From Eledone cirrhosa (Eukaryota): a DNA stretch of 64,000 nucleotides. The DNA lies in NCBI GenBank assembly GCA_964016885.1, contig OZ024740.1, positions 313,596,001-313,660,000 of the forward strand, written 5' to 3'. Under the pieces are notes generated by a model. It saw nothing but the letters and a program-made list of their open reading frames with translations, was not told where the DNA came from and made no database searches. A program made the position numbers and the translations under genes. This document shows positions 54,834 through 64,000 of this stretch, piece by piece (the stretch's first letter is position 1; each line of letters starts with the position of its first letter).

Positions 54834-55551
54834 GCATTCTAGTAAATGATGCATTTCCTTTATATATTATTTATATTCAGGTGCTATTCCCTCCAAATTA
54901 GTTCCATTGGGAAGGTACACAATGATCCCAAACGAATCATCCATGTCTCAACTGAACTGTGGAAGTCTTCATCCTGTGCGCATCAAATAATAGATTAAAC
55001 CACACTTGATCATCCGTGATAACCTTCCAAATGAAAGTACCAGACAAATTTTGGTGCATCATTCATGAGCTTTAAATGCTACTTCATCTGATCAAGGATC
55101 AAATGTTTAGTTCAAACTAACCATCACTACGTTTGCTTGTTCAAGTCTCCCGGGGGAAATTTATAGCAGATTCCATAAGTCATTTCTCTCCTGTGAAAGA
55201 GCTGATGGATTATTCCGCGAGTGATCACTATCATTGATGTATCAACAAAACTTGGCCACATTTTCTCGTGCTTCATAAATGATTGTTTGCCCAGAACGCC
55301 CATTGCTTTGAACCGACACACACTACCCGCCTATATTTCGCGCCACTTAAAAATCTGTTTCATATCTAAGGAATGTTCGCCAAACGCCGGATGTAGCATT
55401 TCGAAGTGTCACAGCTGCAGATTTGTCGAGTTTCTTGCAAAGGTTGATACAGGCATGTTGCTTGCATTTCTCAGCAATAGTAAAAATCTCAATACCGTTC
55501 TGACAAAATTTTATGAAAGTTCGTATGTATGTATGTATGTATGTATGTATG

Positions 55552-56160
55552 TCAGGTCACCAGTTGGTGCTACTGGTAACATGTATCCCAGTACAACCTG
55601 TCCCATGGTCGGGTCGTTGGCGACTAAACTGGCAACCCCACCAAGGTTTCTTGGTGAGGAGGGTGACTTTGGACATCCTGCAGGACTAAAAACAAAACCT
55701 GTCAAAGGGCAAAGGAGCTCTTAAGAGTCAATGGCCATCCAAAATCACCGGGAGAGATGACCCCTTAGCCTTTGTCAAGGCAGAATTCTAGGAGAAGGAA
55801 AACTCTGATATAACACCTGCAACCCTGATGGTATCCAATGATGTTGACTTGTTCTTCTTTTTGGTAAATATCATCTTGGTTAAGAGAGTGGGACTGGCTT
55901 TGTGCAGTGCCTTTGCTCACTATAAAAGCTTCACGGCACAGGCACTGCTTTATATCTGGAGATCTCTCTGCACTTGTCGTCACATGGTACCATGGGCCCA
56001 GCACTATGTGTCAGTAATTGTCACAAGTGTAGTGTTTGTACCAGAGTTTTCAAGTCGCTGGCTGGACTAAAAAGTCACACTCGTTCAGCGCATCGGTAGG
56101 GGTTCTCCTACATGGATATAAAGTAGTGGCCGTACTCGAAAACGAGTTGGCAGCCACCAT
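55552..56160. mobile_element. RTE-like 5' UTR-containing insert flanked by (TATG)n
   Basis: ctaaactggcaacccc and taggagaaggaaaactctga motifs resemble RTE 5' regions (from recall, unverified); (tatg)n on both sides. Confidence 0.45.
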
Positions 56161-56272
56161 GTATGTATGTATGTATGTATGTATGTATGTATGTATGTAT
56201 GTATGTATGTAGAAATGCCGTATGTTAACATGGCGCCCATAAAACTTTCACCAGTTGCGGAACCATGTATGC

Positions 56273-56349
<77 letters not shown>

Positions 56350-57321
56350 CATTCAAGTGTAAGATATTGTCTAAACAAATGTATCCACAAATTATGCGTA
56401 TTCGTACGTTTATAACCAAAACATTCAGTTTGTGCCTAAATACCACAATGCTTATAATAAAATGCTTATGATAATTTAAAAAACTATTAATGTATTCCGA
56501 ATACAAATACTTCCCATAGGTTTATATGATCAACGTTTCATTTTCTTTTATTCGTCTTGTTTCTCAAATCATAAAAAAAAAACGTTTCAAAACCAAAACG
56601 TTTTACTGGTCAATATATGACTGAGAATAGTGTGTAGGTTTCTGACAAGCATGCCTCGATTCCCATCTTTAATGGAATGAAGTATTTTATGCTACTGGGA
56701 AATGCATGGACATTACTGCTTACAAATCCCTTGCTAATTATTTTACAATGTATTCTTATGTAAGGAAATTACTTATTTTTCAACCACCTTCTAAGTATTT
56801 AGTCAAACTGCAAACATCTATTGCATGACATATGTATACATCGTGTCACCCACACTAATCAGTGGATGAGGCTCTATGTTGTCACAGTGGAATCTGTGAC
56901 AACAAACTGCTTACTATATTTAATGTGAAAAATTTAATATATAAAAAGATCCAGAGTGACCCTCAATGTATTGGCTTGATTTACTAGTAATAGCAGCCAT
57001 ATCTCACTCAAAATAACACCGTGTATGAACACAGTGTCATTTAATAAATATAGTGTCTGAAATATATATAGTATCTGAAACAAATATTGGTTGGCTATAG
57101 TTCTAGTGTCTGTGATCATTAATAGAGTGAATCGATTAGTGTATATAAGTGTATGTGCTAACCACATATTCACCATAATTTCTATCTCTATAATTACAAA
57201 AACAGAAAATAATCAATCAAAATTAATGCTTGGTATTAATTAAGATGATGTCATTATAGACCAAGGTGACATACACATACTCATGGAAAATGTGGCATTG
57301 TTAGAGGAATGATATGGAAAA

Positions 57322-57600
57322 GGGCTGGTGAATTGACAGAGTCGTTTGAACGTCGGATAGAATGCTTTGCAGTATTCGGTTCGGCTCTATACTCGCTGAG
57401 TTCAAATCCCATCGAGGTCAACTTTGCCTTTCATTCATTCAAGGTCGATAAAAATGTAACAGCCTCGTTCTGGGGTCAATTCACTACATCTATATCTCTT
57501 TCTCATTTCCATTCTCTTACTTTTTACCCTACTCTGGAAGAAATCTGCTGAGAGGAGATGAGCTCCACAACCCCAACGGCTCCATTAGGAGTTATGGGAT
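57322..57600 (+). mobile_element. Long-tail SINE
   Basis: A/B boxes, core and tail present. Confidence 0.75.
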
Positions 57601-57965
57601 TAAAAGAAATATAGTGTGGAGGGTGTTAGGGGAGAGTAACGTAGAGTGGCAGTAAGGGAAGAATAGAAGAGGAATAAGAAACGCTGTCGAGTTTTCTATC
57701 AAAAGAAGTGTTCCGTTAGTATAGTGGATGATTCGGTGTCTGGGTTTTCCAGTTAACGAGCAGGTATTTCCCTGCAAAGATTTTTCAATTTGCGGTGATT
57801 CTTAGAGATTTACAAGCGTTGAAAAATGTTCGCAAATTTGTTGGAAATTTCTTTCTGAAATTAAAAGCCTGCATCTCATCGATCTATTTATATTAGCGTT
57901 TGATTTCTTAAGCACACCTCTATTGCCTATATAATGCTACACACGTATACGCACGCACACACGCG

Positions 57966-58057
<92 letters not shown>

Positions 58058-58134
58058 CTCACACACACTAACACACACACATACTAACACACACACACAC
58101 ACACTAACTCACACACACTAACACACACACATAC

Positions 58135-58209
<75 letters not shown>

Positions 58210-58214
58210 TGCAT

Positions 58215-58700
58215 CATCATCATTCTGTCGTCTTCAGGTCCGACTCTGGTTTTGATCAGAGATCTACTTGGCCACAAAAATCTGCATCTGTCGAAACCCT
58301 CGTTCGACCCATCCTCCTCTGGCATGACCAGTGATTGTGATGAGATTGCGCAAACAGGGCCTTTGAGCACTTTCACTTTTGCTGAATCTTTCATGTTCAA
58401 GATTTGAATTTTGTACCAAACTTATAAATTTATCGTTACTGTTGGATTGATTCTCTCCAATAACTTGCACTCAAAAAGCACCCTGTTTTGTGTATCCATT
58501 CGCAACACAGTCGCATCAGAGATCCTCTTTTTACGACGTAAAGGTCGAGGTGGTCAGTTGAAAACGTAGACATACCCGTATGGTGTCCGCCATTGGAATC
58601 GGAACTGGATGCCAATATCTGCATTGGACATCTGTGATGACTCTGCATGTGCAACCACTCTTCATGATGTTGTGGATGCACAGCACAGCTTAGAGCCGGC
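58215..58700 (-). mobile_element. Decayed RTE-like LINE 3' end
   Basis: RL...H..HRCPMQIL and D..R...W-like motifs across frames, ending in (GAT)n/(GT)n. Confidence 0.4.
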
Positions 58701-58818
58701 TCAACCTATCCTGGGCGGACGTTGATACAAATTTAATTACTTATATTTGTTTTTTTTTCTTACAAATGTTTTGCAAAGAGGAACATTTTCGTTATATTTG
58801 TGAGATATTATTTCTAAA

Positions 58819-59447
58819 AGGGCGGTGGATTGGCAGTATCGGTAGAGGGTCGGACGCCATGCTTCTAGCATAGTTACTTCCCTTTACGGTCTGAGTTCAA
58901 ATCCCGTCGAGGTTAACTTTGCCTTTCATGCCTACAGGGTCGATAAAATAAAGTACCAGAAATACACTGGGATAATTGATGGCCTTGTGCCAAAAGTAGA
59001 AACAATTATTTCTAAATGGGCGGTGGATTGGCAGTATCGGTAGAGCATCGGACAATATGGTTTATGGCATGTAGTTACGTCCTTTTGCGTTCAAATCACG
59101 CTGAGGTTAGCTTTGCCTTTCATCCTTACGGGTTGATAAAATAAAATACCAATATCGCACTGGGGTCGATTTAATTGACATTCTCCTCCCCCCAAAGTTA
59201 GTGATATTGTGCCTAAATCAGAAGCCATTATTTAAGGCGGTGGATTGGCAGAATCGGTAGAGCATTGGACAACATGTTTCTGTGGCATATAGTTACATCC
59301 CTTTACGTTCTAAGTTCAAATCGTGCTGAGGATAGCTTTACCTTTCTTCGTTACGAGGTCGATAAAACAAAGTACTGGGGTCGATTTAATCGACTTTCCC
59401 ATCCCCTTAAAATTATGGATCTTGTACCTAAATGAGAAACCATTATT
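58819..59447 (+). mobile_element. Three head-to-tail SINEs (58819-59004, 59018-59232, 59236-59447)
   Basis: ggcggtggattggcag head occurs three times; first copy has TSD attatttctaaa. Confidence 0.88.
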
Positions 59448-59799
59448 TCCAATTATGATAAACCTGAAATCTTTTATAACTTCTTTTTGAAGAAGTCGTA
59501 AAGTTCTTGTTTTAGTTCCAAAGTCCACTGGGATTTATTTCTCCAGTTATTTTAACGAACTACGATTGCTGACTTCGATTGCATTAGTAATCCAAGCGTT
59601 ATTTACAAGTTTAATTTTACAGCTTAAATAACGCTTACGATCTTTAACGATCGCTTCTTTATTCAAAGAAGATAACGAAGTTTGTATTAATGGCCGAAGT
59701 TTATGGGATATGATTCCTTACATAAATGAAAGAATAGTCCCCTATGACAACGTGACTGACCTCGACGCCATGTATGTATGTTGGTAGGTAGGTATATAA

Positions 59800-59830
<31 letters not shown>

Positions 59831-59965
59831 TGTATGTATGTATGTATATAGGTAAATAGATGTACATGCATGTATATATGTATATGTGTGTGTAAATGTA
59901 GAGATGTGAGATGAGAAAGAGGTAAAACTTCCCTGTATGTACAGACACACACACACACACACACA

Positions 59966-60019
<54 letters not shown>

Positions 60020-60346
60020 AATATATATATAAACACTGACACACTAAAGACAACGTATACATTGTCTACATCATGAAAGGGTATTTTTATATTCCATTTA
60101 ACCTTTGAAATGTTAAAATATAAAATATACTTGGCGCATACACCATTTTTAGTTCTCATTTGCTATAACATGAAAATCATGCACGTGCTTACGTATGCAA
60201 ACATGTATATTACGTTCATAATTATACACATTTATAACACATTAACACATAAAGTCAGTATGTTCATACACGTTACATGCCCATATATATATATACATAT
60301 ATATATATATATGCCTCTATCTCTATCTCTGCCTGCATGTGTATGC

Positions 60347-60377
<31 letters not shown>

Positions 60378-60378
<1 letters not shown>

Positions 60379-60950
60379 TGTTATACTTGGGGAGGGTCAT
60401 ATTTGTGTAATATTGCCAGAATTAATAACAGAACACACTCACTGTTTGGTTGGTTTTCGCTTTTCGCTTCTGTGTCTTTTATATCGGTAATCTAATTTAT
60501 TCGGTCCTCAATGTTGCCATTGACTGATCAACGGTCAAAAATAATACAGATACAATATAGACACAAACACATATATATGGTTTATCAAAGTTCTTTCGTT
60601 GCACATCTGCAACATCGTCAGTGGTGCTATTGTTTCCTCCCGTTACATTGTATTTTGTATTTTCTACGCCATCTTTATTTAGTCTGTTTATATATTTATT
60701 TATTTGTTTATTTTATTTTGTCTTCTTTGCGCATGCGTTTGCGTGTGTGTATAGTCTTTTGTTTGATGTGAGTTCGTGATTGGGTGACTGTGTATTGGTT
60801 AATGTATTCTATCTTTACTAGTGTGTGTTTATATGTGTTTGTTGTTATTGTGCTTGTGTATGTATTTATTTATTTATTTATTTATACTTCTCTTAGGTCA
60901 GTGTTGTTTGTTTGGGTGTTGTTGTTATTCCATTCATTCTTTCTGTTTAG
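60378..60950 (-). mobile_element. Penelope-like pLTR copy (relative of 2545-3110)
   Basis: Near-identical reverse complement of 2545-3110. Confidence 0.75.
60584..60625 (-). ncRNA. Minimal hammerhead motif (weak stem I)
   Basis: Minus: acca-CTGACGA-tgttgcagatgtgcaac-GAAA-GAAC-TT^-tgat. Confidence 0.6.
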
Positions 60951-61016
60951 CCTTGGCCTTCTATGTTCTATTTCACTGGCCTCTCTGATATATATATATA
61001 AAGGTTTACATATATA

Positions 61017-61208
61017 TAGGAACGAGTAGGACCCCGACGGCTGAGCTCAAGCCGTTTCGACGACTAATTAGTCCAGAATTAGCCGTCGAAACGGCTTGAG
61101 CTCAGCCGTCGGGGTCCTACACGTTCCTATTACCCACTCTACTACCCTAAGTATTGAGTACTTTGTTGCGTTATGGGCCACCTGGTTCCTTACCACATTT
61201 CCTTCGTT
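61017..61208 (+). mobile_element. Family F fold-back mini-element
   Basis: Inverted head plus shared tail. Confidence 0.85.
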
Positions 61209-61272
61209 CTATATATATACATATATGTGTTTTGCAACGGGTCACTTTGTGGCTCAATGAAGACATGTTTTA

Positions 61273-61341
<69 letters not shown>

Positions 61342-61423
61342 TTTATCCTGGGTTTAATCGGGGGTAACCACAGTAAGTAAGGTACTCAATACAAAGCAGA
61401 GTATAAATATTTAATATAGAAAA

Positions 61424-61474
61424 GGCTCCTACAGGACTAGATCTGTTTCATTCGGGAGAAATCATCAGGAAGCC
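61424..61474 (-). ncRNA. Type I hammerhead (left arm of palindrome 61407-61602)
   Basis: Minus: ggcttc-CTGATGA-tttctcccgaat-GAAACAG-atctagtc-CTGTA^-ggagcc. Confidence 0.8.
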
Positions 61475-61534
61475 GACTGTCCAAGTAATATGGTAAAAGT
61501 TATAAATACCACCCACCATATTACTTGGACAGTC

Positions 61535-61585
61535 GGCTTCCTGATGATTTCGCCCGAATGAAACAGATCTAGTCTTGTAGAAGTC
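61535..61585 (+). ncRNA. Type I hammerhead (right arm of the same palindrome)
   Basis: ggcttc-CTGATGA-tttcgcccgaat-GAAACAG-atctagtc-TTGTA^-gaagtc. Confidence 0.8.
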
Positions 61586-61595
61586 TTTTCTATAT

Positions 61596-61649
<54 letters not shown>

Positions 61650-61947
61650 CAATATGTTGAAAAGGTAACACACTAGAGAGAGGTAGTGCGCCAATAAGTT
61701 GTTGACAGAAATGAAATAGCCCTTGGTTTATCAGTGTGTGTAAGGCTATACATTTCAGACTACTCTAACTCTAAGAGAATTTAAAGCGACTGTCCAGCTA
61801 CACGTGGGGGAGAGAAGTCACAGCGTGTTTAGGGCAGTGAACCAGTGGCTTCTGAGGGACGAACTGCTAGAAAGGGCAGCCCAAAACTACTCAGAGGAAT
61901 GTGCTCAATCAAGCAGAGAGAGAGGAAAGACTGTTATAAGGAGCAAA

Positions 61948-62609
61948 ATATCACGATAAATTAACGGAGCCATAGACTCTCACTATTCCCTATCAGTAAA
62001 TTCTCTATCAAAGGAGAAGGAATCCTGAGCTCTTTAAAATACAATATGTTGAAAAGGTAACACATTAGAGAGAACTAGTGCGCCATCAATAAAACAGGGA
62101 AAAACCTCAAGTGTAAGGAATCTATAACCTATGAAAGGCAGAGTATAGACCCGATAATTAAAAATATAAATTAAAGCGTAAATAAATACCTCTATAACTA
62201 TATAACACACGTACACATCCAAAGAGATCTGTTTCGCCAATAAGTTGTTGACAAAAATGAAATAGCCCATGGTTCATCAGCGTGTGTAAGGCTGTATGGG
62301 CTATTTCATTTCTGTCACAACTTATTGGCGAAACAGATCTCTTTGTATTTGTACGTGTGTTATATAGTTATAGAGGTATGTATTTATACTTTAATTTATA
62401 TTTTTAATTATCGTGTGTCTACTCTGCCTTTCATAGGTTATAGATTCCTTACACTTGAGGTTTTTCCCTGTTTTATTGATGGCGCACTAGTTCTCTCTAA
62501 TGTGTTACCTTTTCAACATATTGTATTTTAAAGAGCTCAGGATTCCTTCTCCTTTGATAGGGAATTTACTGATAGGGAATAGTGAGAGTCTATGGCTCCG
62601 TTAATTTAT

Positions 62610-62617
<8 letters not shown>
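61948..62617. repeat. 670 bp palindrome, ~322 bp arms, 25 bp spacer (62271-62295)
   Basis: atatcacgataaattaacggagcc...aatagcccat / atgggctatt...ggctccgttaatttatcgtgatat. Confidence 0.92.
62205..62287 (-). ncRNA. Type I hammerhead spanning the left arm and spacer
   Basis: Minus: acacacg-CTGATGA-acca...tggc-GAAACA-gatctctttggatg-TGTA^-cgtgtgt; 7 bp stem I. Confidence 0.75.
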
Positions 62618-62640
<23 letters not shown>

Positions 62641-62644
<4 letters not shown>

Positions 62645-62835
62645 AACGAGTAGGACCCCGATGGCTGAGCTCAAGCCGTTTCGACGGCTAATTCTGAGTC
62701 CAGAATTAGCCGTCGAAACGGCTTGAGCTCAGCCGTCGGGGTCCTACTCGTTCCTATTACCCACTCTACTACCCTAAGTATTGAGTACTTTGGTGCGTTA
62801 TGGTCCATCTGGTTCCTTACCACATTTCCTTCGTT
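62641..62835 (+). mobile_element. Family F fold-back mini-element
   Basis: Inverted head plus shared tail between TA tracts. Confidence 0.85.
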
Positions 62836-62880
62836 ATATATATATATATAAGTAATTACACAACAGTTAGTTCACCATAC

Positions 62881-62918
62881 CGAGAACAATTGTTTCACCT
62901 TAGCGGATCCTCAGCTCG
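62881..62918 (-). ncRNA. Minimal type I hammerhead ribozyme
   Basis: Minus: cgag-CTGAGGA-tccgctaaggt-GAAAC-AATT-GTT^-ctcg. Confidence 0.8.
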
Positions 62919-63014
62919 TAATTACGATATCACGATAAATTAACGGGGCCAAAGACTCGTCCCATGGACTGAGTGCTCTACCACTACGGATATTACCTTC
63001 CAGTGTTCTACCAC

Positions 63015-63051
<37 letters not shown>

Positions 63052-63129
63052 TTATGTATGTATGCTAATACGGGCACACAAACATAGATAATAGTGAATA
63101 CTCTCACATAAACACACGTTTAAACGTTT

Positions 63130-63599
<470 letters not shown>

Positions 63600-64000
63600 A
63601 GTACACAGGTCGGTTCTAAAGATTGAAGTCAGCAGCACTATTGTACCATTGTAGGGCAGAGGTTGATGAATCAATTTGCCGTGTCTCAAAATAACTCAGC
63701 TTCCGGCACCTCCATTCCGTAAAGTCGACGAAAAGTCGACGAACAACACATGTATTGTTCAACGGCCAAGCAACTCTCTAAAGCTACCTTCACACAACCA
63801 CCACCACCACCTACAGCAACACCACCACAAACACCACCACCACCACCACCTCAACCACCACCACCACTACCACCTCAACCACCACCACCACTATCTCCAC
63901 CACCATCAGTACTACTATCTTCACCACCATTACCACTACCACGACCACCACCACAACCACAACCACCACCACCACCACCACTATTTCCACCACCATCAGC

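Overview
This is AT-rich, repeat-saturated eukaryotic DNA. The SINE families and dominant (TA)n/(CA)n tracts suggest a cephalopod such as Octopus (inference). No host protein-coding gene is recognisable, and most ORFs in the track are microsatellite artefacts. Real coding sequence is all transposon-derived: an apparently intact ~6 kb L1/Tx1-clade LINE inserted in (ATT)n, followed directly by a diverged 5'-truncated relative, a Penelope-like GIY-YIG endonuclease 3' fragment, and decayed CRE, Helitron, R4/Dong-like and RTE fragments. Many tRNA-derived SINEs with a Deu/Nin-like core are present. The main unexplained signal is at least 22 hand-folded type I hammerhead ribozyme (HHR) motifs on both strands. 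They belong to more than 10 distinct short, mostly non-coding elements embedded in (TA)n tracts, many built as fold-back palindromes whose inner breakpoint lies in or beside the ribozyme. They include U3-A8 core variants, 90-125 nt stem II insertions, back-to-back sense/antisense HHRs and a 7-copy family of half-hammerheads. These look like a (TA)n-targeted swarm of Penelope-like pLTR derivatives. All structures were folded by eye and activity is untested.
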